NCBI GenBank assembly: GCA_963838125.1
Contig: CAWIPT010000007.1
Span: 283,487-347,486 of the forward strand
Length of the DNA: 64,000 nucleotides
Direction of reading: 5' to 3'
Source: an uncultured Chloroflexia bacterium
GTDB taxonomy: Bacteria; Chloroflexota; Limnocylindria; QHBO01
The notes beneath the pieces were generated by a model. The model did not search any database, was not told the DNA's origin, and was given only the letters and a program-made list of their open reading frames with translations. Shown here piece after piece: positions 37,490 to 45,841 of this stretch; positions within the stretch are counted from its first letter, which is position 1, and the number at the start of each line of letters is the position of its first letter. Position numbers and translations under genes: made by a program.

Positions 37490-37545
37490 CCGGGATACAC
37501 TCCCCGGGCACTCGTCCACTTCAGTCCAAGGAGAACCTGATCCTC

Positions 37546-39240
37546 GTGACCGAAAACGATCCCAACGCAGCCGTCTTCGACCTGGCGGATCGGTTCTGGG
37601 AGGGCATCCTGGAGCGCGACCCGATCACGGCCACCATCTATGGCGACGACCGCTACGACGAGCGCTGGCCCGATATCGGGCCGAACGGACGAGCCGCCGA
37701 GCGCGCCGCGCTCTCGACTGCGCTCGCCGAGGCCGAGGCCATTGACCCAGCCGACCTCGACGTCGAATCGGTCATCACCCGCGACCTGCTGATCCTGATC
37801 GCGCAGAACTACCTCGAGGCCCTGGACCGCAAGCTCTACCAGCTGGGCGTGAACCACATGTCCGGCGTCCAGACCTGGGCGTCGGAGATCGCGCAGTACC
37901 AGAAGGTCGACACCCCCGAGGGCCTGAACCGCCTGCTCGCCCGCTACGCCGCCTACGGGACCCTCATCGACCAGCACATCGGCACCCTGGACGAGGGGAT
38001 CGGCGACGGACGCACCTCGGCCGCGGTCCCGGTCCGCAAGGCCATCGAACAGATCGACCGCATGCTGTCGGTGCCGGCCGACGTCGCCCCGCCGGTGGTC
38101 CTGGCCAACGTTGCTGATGAGTCGGGCCGGGAGCAGATCCGGGGAGCCGTGGCCAGGGACATCTATCCCGCCCTCCAGCGCCTCCGCGACTACCTGGCCG
38201 ATACGTACACCACGCACGCCGCGCCGACCCCCGCCCTGGGCGACACGCCCGACGGCCACGACGCGTATCGGCTCGCCATCCGGATGCAAACCACGGTGGC
38301 CGCCACGCCCGAAGAGGTCCACGCGTTCGGGATGGAGGACCTGGAGCGGATCGAAGCCGAGAAGGACGAGATCGCGCGCCGGCAGGGCCACGCCGACCGG
38401 CACGCCTACGCCGCCGCGCTGGGCGAGGACCCCGCGAACCGCACCTCGGACCCGGCGCACATCATCGAGCTGGCGCGTGAGCAGACCGATCGGGCCTATG
38501 CCACCGCGCCGCGTTACTTCGGCCGCCTGCCGGCCGCCAACTGCGTCGTCCTCCCCGTGGAGGAGTACCGCGAGCGCGAGTCAGCGCCGGCGTTCTACAT
38601 GCCGCCCACCATCGACGGCTCCCGCCCGGGCCAGTACTACCTGAACACCTACCAGCCCGACCAGCGCCAGCTCCACAAGATCGCTTCGATCACGTTCCAC
38701 GAGGCCACGCCCGGCCACCACTTCCAGATCGCGATCGAGATGGGCCTCCAGGGCCTCGGCCGCTTCCGGACCCTGGGCGCCAAGATGGCTGGCTCGGCCT
38801 ACGTCGAGGGCTGGGGGCTCTACACCGAGCGCCTGGCAGATGAGATGGGCCTGTACCAGACCGATGCCGAGCGGCTCGGGATGCTGGATGCCCAATCCTT
38901 CCGCGCCGCCCGCCTGGTCGTCGATTCCGGCCTCCACGCCATGGGCTGGGACCGCGATCGCGCGATCACCTTCATGCACGAGCGCGGCTCGCTGCCCATG
39001 GTCGACGCCGAGATCGAGGTGGACCGATACACGATCTGGCCCGGCCAGGCCCTGTCCTACAAGATGGGCCAGCGGGAGATCGAGCGAGCACGTGCCGACG
39101 TCGGGGAGCGGCTCGGCGACCAGTTCGACCTCCGTGTCTTCCACGACGAGGTGCTCGGGCACGGCTCGCTCCCGCTCGAGACGCTGCGCCGCGAGATGCC
39201 GGGCTGGGTGGCGGCGGTGACCGCGGGGGCCGGCGCCTGA
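37546..39240 (+). CDS. DUF885 family protein
   Basis: GTG at 37546 with AAGGAGA 11 nt upstream. Contains HEATPGHHFQ and EVDRYTIWPGQALSYKMG motifs. The upstream part of the listed ORF overlaps the ligase gene. Confidence 0.85.
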   Translation: MTENDPNAAVFDLADRFWEGILERDPITATIYGDDRYDERWPDIGPNGRAAERAALSTALAEAEAIDPADLDVESVITRDLLILIAQNYLEALDRKLYQLGVNHMSGVQTWASEIAQYQKVDTPEGLNRLLARYAAYGTLIDQHIGTLDEGIGDGRTSAAVPVRKAIEQIDRMLSVPADVAPPVVLANVADESGREQIRGAVARDIYPALQRLRDYLADTYTTHAAPTPALGDTPDGHDAYRLAIRMQTTVAATPEEVHAFGMEDLERIEAEKDEIARRQGHADRHAYAAALGEDPANRTSDPAHIIELAREQTDRAYATAPRYFGRLPAANCVVLPVEEYRERESAPAFYMPPTIDGSRPGQYYLNTYQPDQRQLHKIASITFHEATPGHHFQIAIEMGLQGLGRFRTLGAKMAGSAYVEGWGLYTERLADEMGLYQTDAERLGMLDAQSFRAARLVVDSGLHAMGWDRDRAITFMHERGSLPMVDAEIEVDRYTIWPGQALSYKMGQREIERARADVGERLGDQFDLRVFHDEVLGHGSLPLETLRREMPGWVAAVTAGAGA

Positions 39241-39244
39241 GCTG

Positions 39245-39826
39245 ATGCTCCGCCCGGAGCGGATCGTCCTGGAGGGGGACGTCGTTCGACTCGAGCCCCT
39301 CGAGGAGCGCCATCGCGACGACCTGGTGGCGGCCGCCACCGAGGACCACGGCATCTGGGCATTCATGGGCTCCAACCTGGCCGACGCCACGACGTGGCCG
39401 GCATACCTCGCCCACGCCCTGGGTCCCGAGTTCGTGGCCTGGGCCACCGTGGAGCGCGCGTCCGGACGAGCCGTGGGCTCCACCAGGTTCGGTGATATCG
39501 CGCCCGAGCACGATCGGGTCGAGATCGGCTGGACGTGGATCGCCCCCTCGCGGCACCGCACGGCGGTCAACACCGAGGCCAAGCTCCTCCAGCTGACCTA
39601 TGCGTTCGAGACGCTCGGTGCGGGAAGGGTGGCGCTGAAGACCGATGGACGCAACGAGCGCTCACAGCGCGCGATCGAGCGCCTGGGCGCCGTGCGGGAG
39701 GGGACCCTGCGCCGTCACATGCGCCTGCCCGATGGCTACATCCGCGACACCGTCTACTACTCGATCCTGGCCGACGAATGGCCGGCCGTGAAGGCGCGGC
39801 TCACGGAGCGCCTGGCCGCGGGCTAG
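39245..39826 (+). CDS. GNAT family N-acetyltransferase (RimJ/RimL-like)
   Basis: 193 aa. Motifs RVEIGWTWIAP and N.RSQRAIERLGA (acetyl-CoA-binding region). Confidence 0.85.
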   Translation: MLRPERIVLEGDVVRLEPLEERHRDDLVAAATEDHGIWAFMGSNLADATTWPAYLAHALGPEFVAWATVERASGRAVGSTRFGDIAPEHDRVEIGWTWIAPSRHRTAVNTEAKLLQLTYAFETLGAGRVALKTDGRNERSQRAIERLGAVREGTLRRHMRLPDGYIRDTVYYSILADEWPAVKARLTERLAAG

Positions 39827-39833
39827 CGCGCCC

Positions 39834-41213
39834 TCAGTCCGCAGGCAGCTTCTTCCGGGGCGCTCGCTCTTGCTGGCCGCTGCGGTCCGGCCACTCGTAG
39901 CCGGCCCAGGGATCGTAGTCGGGGTCGGGCGGCTCGGGCTTCGGGCGGTCCTTCTCGGGGACGTGGCGGAGGTTGACACGGACCCGCCACCAGATAGTCG
40001 AGCGGCCTCGCATGGCGTCGTACAGGACGTCATCCACGGCGAGGTGTGGAACGACCCTCTTGTGCCGCTTCTTCCAGCGCGCCAGGCCATCCTCGACCTC
40101 CGGCTTGGTGGCGGCCAGGGCGACCACCACCAGCGGGGCAGACGAGCGACGGCGACCAGTGGGGGAGGGGACCTTCGGGTCCGCAGTTGCGTCCTCCTTC
40201 GCATCGGCGTCCTTGTGGCGCTTCGAGGGCTGGACGCGTGGCGGCTCGCCGGGCTGCTTGGCGTAGTTCGGGGGCCATGGGGCGTCGCCCTCGCCCTCCG
40301 CTTCGTGGCGGGCAACCAGCTCGAGGAGTGGCTCCAGCGAAAACGCCTGGTCGTCAATCCCGGCGCCCACGTCGCCGAGCTCCTCGTACCGGGTCGGCAC
40401 TGTCTTGACGGTGAAATCGGCCGCCTCGCAGTCGGGGACCTCGTCCCAGGTCAGTGGGGTCGAGACCCGGGCATCGGGGAGTGGCCTGACCGAGTACACC
40501 GAGGCCACCGTTCGGTCCTTGGCGTTCTGGTTGTAGTCGAGGAACACGCCGTGGCGTTCCTCCTTCCACCACTTGCTGGTGGCGAGTGCCGGCGCCCGGC
40601 GTTCCACCTCACGCGCGACGGCCAGTGCCGACCGCCGGACCTCGCCATACGACCAGCGGGGCTCGATCCGGACGTAGACGTGCATCCCGCGCGAGCCCGA
40701 GGTCTTGGGCCAGGCGACGTAGCCCAGCTCCTCGAACAGGTCGCGGCAGGCCAGCGCGACCGCGCGCACATCGGCCCAGCCCACCCCCGGCCCGGGATCC
40801 AGGTCGATCCGCAGCTCGTCAGGGTGCTCGAGGTCGGCGTCCCGGACCGGGTGCGGGTTGAGGTCGACACAGCCCAGGTTCACGACCCAGGCCAGCGCTG
40901 CGGGGTTCGAGACGACCACCTCGTCCGCGGTGCGGCCTGACGGAAAGGCCAGTTCGACGGTTCGGACGAACGACGGCAGGTTGGCCGGCGCCCGCTTCTG
41001 AAAGAAGAAATCTCCCCCCGCCCCATTCGGAAACCGCTTCAGGGCCATGGGCCGGTCGCGAACGCCACGGAGCGCTCCGTCGGCGACCGACAGGTAGTAT
41101 CGGACGAGGTCCAGCTTGGTCACGCCGGCCTCGGCAAAGAACACCTTGTCGGGATTCGAGACCGATACGGCTTCGCCGCCGACGTCGAGGCTCACGGCCT
41201 TGGTGGGTGCCAT
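39834..41213 (-). CDS. LigD-type primase-polymerase (PolDom/PrimPol) with a roughly 150-aa C-terminal extension
   Basis: Motifs NPDKVFF, RFPNG, DLDP, KTSGSRGMHVYV and FLDYNQN. Start taken at ATG 41213; 41252 is possible. The C-terminal third is charged and has no recognised family. Confidence 0.85.
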   Translation of the reverse strand: MAPTKAVSLDVGGEAVSVSNPDKVFFAEAGVTKLDLVRYYLSVADGALRGVRDRPMALKRFPNGAGGDFFFQKRAPANLPSFVRTVELAFPSGRTADEVVVSNPAALAWVVNLGCVDLNPHPVRDADLEHPDELRIDLDPGPGVGWADVRAVALACRDLFEELGYVAWPKTSGSRGMHVYVRIEPRWSYGEVRRSALAVAREVERRAPALATSKWWKEERHGVFLDYNQNAKDRTVASVYSVRPLPDARVSTPLTWDEVPDCEAADFTVKTVPTRYEELGDVGAGIDDQAFSLEPLLELVARHEAEGEGDAPWPPNYAKQPGEPPRVQPSKRHKDADAKEDATADPKVPSPTGRRRSSAPLVVVALAATKPEVEDGLARWKKRHKRVVPHLAVDDVLYDAMRGRSTIWWRVRVNLRHVPEKDRPKPEPPDPDYDPWAGYEWPDRSGQQERAPRKKLPAD

Positions 41214-41241
41214 CGTGGGGCTCAGGGTAGCGGGAGTGGGA

Positions 41242-42141
41242 ATGACCGCCATCGCGCGACGAGTGAGCGAGCGGGTGACCGCGATCGCCGACCGCTACGC
41301 GGTGGTCGGCATTGCCATCGAGGCCTTCGGGAAGTTCAACGCCCACGAGTGCATGCCCCGGGCGGCGGCGATCGCGTACTACAGCATCCTGTCCCTGTTC
41401 CCGTTCGCGATGGTCGCCCTGGTAGCCGCCTCGTTGTTCATTCCCCAGGGCCCGGAGCTCGACGCCTTCGTGGACCGGATCGCGGGTTCGTTCGGCTTGG
41501 ACCCGGCCATCGTGTTCGAGGCGCTGGAGAACTTCGAGGAGAGCCGCGTGCTGTTCGGCGCGGTCGGCATCGGTCTGCTCCTGCTCGCCCTTCTGCCCTG
41601 GGTGTCCGCCGTCCAGCGTGGGATCGTGCACGCCTTCGAGGAGGGGCGGCGGTCCTATATCCGGACCACGCTCAGCAGCCTGCTGCTGCTTGGCCTGGCC
41701 GCAATCCTGATCCTGTTGTCCGGGGTGTGGGCCAGCCTGCTCAGCCTGGTTATCGGCTTCTTCGACCGATTCCTGCCGGAGGTGATCCTGATCGACCTCA
41801 CCCTGAGCCTGGCCATCACCCTGCTGCCATCGTTCGTGGTCTTTGGTGTCATGACCGCTCTCCTCAAAGCTGTCCCGGCCCAGGACCCGACCTTCCGCGA
41901 GGTATGGCTCGGCGCGCTCGTCACCGCGCTGGGGTTCCTGGGCCTGAGCCTCCTGTTCGAGTGGTACGTCTCGCTGTTCGTGGCGGACAGCGGCAACGCC
42001 GCCGGGCCGTTCGGGGCCATTCTGGTCAGCCTGCTCTATATCGATTTCCTGGCCATCGCGATGCTGGCCGGGACGGAGGTCGCCGCCGCCACCATGCGCC
42101 GCCGCCGCGGCCCCAGCGCGCCGGATCAGCCACCGTCCTGA
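41242..42141 (+). CDS. YihY/BrkB family membrane protein
   Basis: ATG at 41242 after GGGAG. Contains the AAAIAYYSILSLFPF motif and 6 TM helices. Confidence 0.8.
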   Translation: MTAIARRVSERVTAIADRYAVVGIAIEAFGKFNAHECMPRAAAIAYYSILSLFPFAMVALVAASLFIPQGPELDAFVDRIAGSFGLDPAIVFEALENFEESRVLFGAVGIGLLLLALLPWVSAVQRGIVHAFEEGRRSYIRTTLSSLLLLGLAAILILLSGVWASLLSLVIGFFDRFLPEVILIDLTLSLAITLLPSFVVFGVMTALLKAVPAQDPTFREVWLGALVTALGFLGLSLLFEWYVSLFVADSGNAAGPFGAILVSLLYIDFLAIAMLAGTEVAAATMRRRRGPSAPDQPPS

Positions 42142-42316
42142 TGTCTGTCGGGCATGGAAAGCGGTCACTCCGGTGGGGTCTGGTACCTTTGGGTGTCCTA
42201 CGGTGTAGTACATTCGCACGGTCGCCAGTGGTTGACGGCCCGGGGTAGCATCCTCGGGCATCTCTTCCGCGGGGGCTGGATGGGACGATGAAATTTCCCA
42301 CGTTCAATACCGTCTC

Positions 42317-43633
42317 ATGAGACGTCGGCCACGACTGGCCGCCATAGCCACGGGTCTGGTGGTCCTTGCCACCGCCATCGCCGGCCAGGCGCCGGACGAC
42401 AGCGCCCTCGGCGCGGACCCGCTGGCCGAAGCGCAGGCCAACCAGCGCGCGCTTCAGCAGTCACTCGCCTCGCAGCAGCGCGAGCTCGCAAGCCTGAAGT
42501 CCCTCTCGGCCACCCTCGATGCCAATCTGGCCGCGGCCGAGGCCGAGCTGGCCAGGGTCGGCGCCGAGTACGAGCGTGTAGCCGGTCTCCTCGTCCAGGT
42601 CGAGCTCCAGGTCGCCGAGGTCCAGGCCCGCCTGGAAGCCATTCGCGCGCGCATCGCCCGGCTGGACGAGATGCTCGTCGCCCTGGCCATCGAAGTGGAG
42701 CGCCAGAACACGGAGCTCGAGGCGCGCGAGACGCTGCTCCAAGATCACTACCGCGACGCGTACGAGCAGAGCCAGACGTCGTTGCTCGAGGTCCTGCTGG
42801 CGGCTGATTCGTTCGAAGTGGTGGCCACCCGCGTCGGGTACCTCATGACCATCTCGGAGCAGGACGCCGCCCTCGCCGAAGATATCCGCGAGCTCCGCGC
42901 CACGCTCGAGGAGAACCGGGCCGTCATGCGCGACGGCCGAGCCGAGCTCAGGGATGCCCGAGAGGCCGAAGAGGCCGAAGCCGCTGCTCTCGCCGTACGC
43001 CAGGCGGAGCTGGCTTCTCTGAAGCAGCGACTCGGCGAGCTGTACATCCAGGCCGAGCAGCAGCGCATGGCCCAGGCTGCGGCGCTGAACGCGGCGCTCG
43101 CGGCGCAGGGCGACGTCGAGCGCCAGATCAAGGCCACCAAGCAGGCAGCGGAGGCAGCTAATTCGCTGGTCACCCGCCTCCTCGCCGAGTCCCAAGTCCG
43201 GGTCAGCAGTCGCGGATTCCGATGGCCGGAGGACGTGTTCAGCGTCACCCAGGAGTGGGGTCCCACCAATTTCGTCCTGGAACCGCCCTATACCTTCAAC
43301 GGCACCTACTACCCGCACTTCCACGGTGGCATCGACCTGGCGAACGGTTGCGGCACCCGAATCAAGGCCGCGGGCACCGGCCTGGTCGTCGCCTCGGGCC
43401 AGCCGCTCTGGCCGTGGGACACCGGGTACGGGGTGGTCGTCGACCACGGTGGCGGCGTGCTGACCTGGTACTGGCATCTCAAGGCCCAGGTGGTCGTGTT
43501 CCCGGGCCAGGCCGTCTCGATTGGCGACACCATCGGCTACGAGGGCACGACGGGCATGTCCACCGGGTGCCATCTCCACTTCGCCGTGAACGACCACGGC
43601 GTCTGGACGAACCCGCGCTGGTACCTGCCCTGA
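42317..43633 (+). CDS. secreted M23 family metallopeptidase with a long coiled-coil
   Basis: Signal peptide, then about 250 aa of heptad-like Ala/Glu/Leu-rich sequence, then an M23 domain with HFHGGIDLA (HxxxD) and CHLHF (HxH). Confidence 0.85.
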   Translation: MRRRPRLAAIATGLVVLATAIAGQAPDDSALGADPLAEAQANQRALQQSLASQQRELASLKSLSATLDANLAAAEAELARVGAEYERVAGLLVQVELQVAEVQARLEAIRARIARLDEMLVALAIEVERQNTELEARETLLQDHYRDAYEQSQTSLLEVLLAADSFEVVATRVGYLMTISEQDAALAEDIRELRATLEENRAVMRDGRAELRDAREAEEAEAAALAVRQAELASLKQRLGELYIQAEQQRMAQAAALNAALAAQGDVERQIKATKQAAEAANSLVTRLLAESQVRVSSRGFRWPEDVFSVTQEWGPTNFVLEPPYTFNGTYYPHFHGGIDLANGCGTRIKAAGTGLVVASGQPLWPWDTGYGVVVDHGGGVLTWYWHLKAQVVVFPGQAVSIGDTIGYEGTTGMSTGCHLHFAVNDHGVWTNPRWYLP

Positions 43634-43668
43634 CCTGACCCGGACCGGGGCGCGAGATCGGCTGCTCG

Positions 43669-45771
43669 TCAGCCGATGCCGGTTCGGACCTCTCTCACGC
43701 CAGCGACAGGCCGGTAGAGCTCGTCAACGTACTCGTGCAGCGCGCGCTCGGTCGTGAACTCCGCCAACCCGGTGCGCAGTGCTCCGCGCATGAAACCGAT
43801 CCACGCTCTCGGCAGGTCCATGGAGTCCCGGTCGAAGAAGGTGGGCACGATGTCGTGCTCGAGCGCCGCGTACAGCGACTCTGCGTCCTCCGCATCCGAC
43901 GGCACCTCGCCAGCCTCGGCACGGCCGCCGACTGCCCAGCCATTGCTCCCATCGAAGGCCTCGTCCCACCAGCCGTCGAGCACGCTCAGCGACGGGACCC
44001 CATTCAGCGCGGCTTTCATGCCCGACGTGCCCGACGCTTCGAGCGGCCGCCGCGGGGTGTTCAGCCACAGGTCGACGCCCGCCACCAGGAAGCGCGCGAT
44101 ACGCAGGTCGTAGTCCTCGATGAAGAAGACCCGCCCGGCCATTCCCACCCGTCGCGAGGCTTCGACCACCCGACCGAGGACCGCTCGACCGGCCTCGTCC
44201 GCGGGGTGGGCCTTGCCGGCGAAGATCAGCTGGACCGGCCGATCTGGATCGGACAGCAGGTGCCCCAGGCGGCGGGGATCCTCGAGGATGAGGTCCGCCC
44301 GCTTGTAGGTGGCGAACCGTCGGGCGAAGCCGATGGTCAGGGCGTGCGGATCGAGCGCGCCGGCCAGGTCGCCCACCGACTCCGGCGCCACCCCGTGCCT
44401 CGCCGCCTGGCGGGTCAGGCGCCCGCCGAGGAAGTCGATCAGCTGCCGCTTCTGCTCGGTGTGTGCGCTCCACAGCTCGCGGTCGCTGGCATTCCGTTCC
44501 CCCCCGGGTGAGAGGGCTGCCCGCATCGGCTCCGCCTGCCAGGTCGCGAGGTGCACGCCGTTCGTCACCGAGCCGACGTCCTTCCCGATCGTGTCACGCC
44601 AGGTTGCCGTCGCGGTCCTCCCGTGCAGCCGGCTGACCGCGGTCACGACTGCGGCCTGCCGCAGGCCGAAGGCCGTGAGGTCAAACGCGTCACCCAGCGA
44701 GTCGTCCGGCCCGCGTCCCAGCTCGGCCAGGCGCTCCGGGGTGAGGTCGATGTCCGCGGCGACTGGCCCGATGAGCTCGCGGGCCAGCGCGGGGTCGTAG
44801 CGCTCGTTGCCCGCCGGGACCGGCGTGTGGAGGGTCATCACCATGTCCCGGCCGGCACGGGCCAGCGCATCGGCTCCGCTCAAATTCGGGTCGGCGTCGC
44901 AGAGCATCCGCGCCCGCGCCAGGAGGACCAGCGCCGAGTGTCCCTCGTTGAGGTGCCAGACCGCCGGCATGACGCCGAGCGCGTTGAGCGCCCGCGCCGC
45001 GCCAACGCCGAGCAGCAGCTCCTGGGTCAGCCGCTTCCGGCGATCGGCGACATACAGCTGGTCAGTGATCCGCTGGTCCTCCGGCTTGTTGCTCGGCAGG
45101 TCGGCGTCCAGCAGCAGGATCGGTACGCGCCCGACCTGAGCGACCCATACGGCCACGTTGACCGCCCGGCCGGGCAGGTCCACCGAGATCTCCAGCGGGT
45201 CGCCGTCGGCGGTTGCCGCTCGCCGAAGCGGCATGTCCGCGGGATCGAGCGCGGGCTCGAGGTGCTCCTGGCGGCCATCGGCGTCGATTCGCTGGCGGAA
45301 GTACCCGCGGTGGTAGAACGGGCCGACACCGATGAGCGGCAGGCGAGCGTCCGACGCGGCTTTGCACAGGTCGCCGGCCAGGACCCCCAGCCCGCCGGAG
45401 TAGACGGGCAGCGACTCGTGCAGGGCAAACTCTGCGCACAGGTAGGCGATGCAGCCGGCGAGATCCGCGCCCAGGCCGGGCGCATCGTCGTCGACGTACC
45501 ACTTCAGCCGGCCACTGATGGTGTGGGTGTCCAGCACGAAGCGATCGTCGTCGGCCAGCTCGGCCCATCGTTCGTCGGAGGTGTGGCGGAATACGTGGAT
45601 CGGGTTTCGAGTCCGGGCCCAGGCGTCCGGATCGATCCGGGCAAAGAGCCGGAGGGCTTCCGGATGCCAGGTCCACCACAGGTTCTCGACGAGGTCGCGA
45701 AGCCCTTCCAGGCCGGGCGGTCTCGGCAGGTCCACGCGCTCGATCGTCGGGATCCGGACGGATTGGGCCAT
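43669..45771 (-). CDS. glgP: alpha-glucan phosphorylase (GT35)
   Basis: 700 aa. Motifs NLWWTWHP, YSGGLGVLAGD, NEGH and TSGMKA (PLP lysine region). Confidence 0.9.
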   Translation of the reverse strand: MAQSVRIPTIERVDLPRPPGLEGLRDLVENLWWTWHPEALRLFARIDPDAWARTRNPIHVFRHTSDERWAELADDDRFVLDTHTISGRLKWYVDDDAPGLGADLAGCIAYLCAEFALHESLPVYSGGLGVLAGDLCKAASDARLPLIGVGPFYHRGYFRQRIDADGRQEHLEPALDPADMPLRRAATADGDPLEISVDLPGRAVNVAVWVAQVGRVPILLLDADLPSNKPEDQRITDQLYVADRRKRLTQELLLGVGAARALNALGVMPAVWHLNEGHSALVLLARARMLCDADPNLSGADALARAGRDMVMTLHTPVPAGNERYDPALARELIGPVAADIDLTPERLAELGRGPDDSLGDAFDLTAFGLRQAAVVTAVSRLHGRTATATWRDTIGKDVGSVTNGVHLATWQAEPMRAALSPGGERNASDRELWSAHTEQKRQLIDFLGGRLTRQAARHGVAPESVGDLAGALDPHALTIGFARRFATYKRADLILEDPRRLGHLLSDPDRPVQLIFAGKAHPADEAGRAVLGRVVEASRRVGMAGRVFFIEDYDLRIARFLVAGVDLWLNTPRRPLEASGTSGMKAALNGVPSLSVLDGWWDEAFDGSNGWAVGGRAEAGEVPSDAEDAESLYAALEHDIVPTFFDRDSMDLPRAWIGFMRGALRTGLAEFTTERALHEYVDELYRPVAGVREVRTGIG

Positions 45772-45841
45772 CGGCGCCGGATGATATCCGTCAGACCGTC
45801 GTCACGATCGCCATGGACGCGGTACGCTACGCACCCCCCTG

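Noticed and set aside
42142-42316. A ydaO/c-di-AMP riboswitch upstream of the M23 peptidase.
   Set aside because: The conserved ACCUCGUAAGCG-type 3' element and the GGGGUGAAUCC core were not found by eye.
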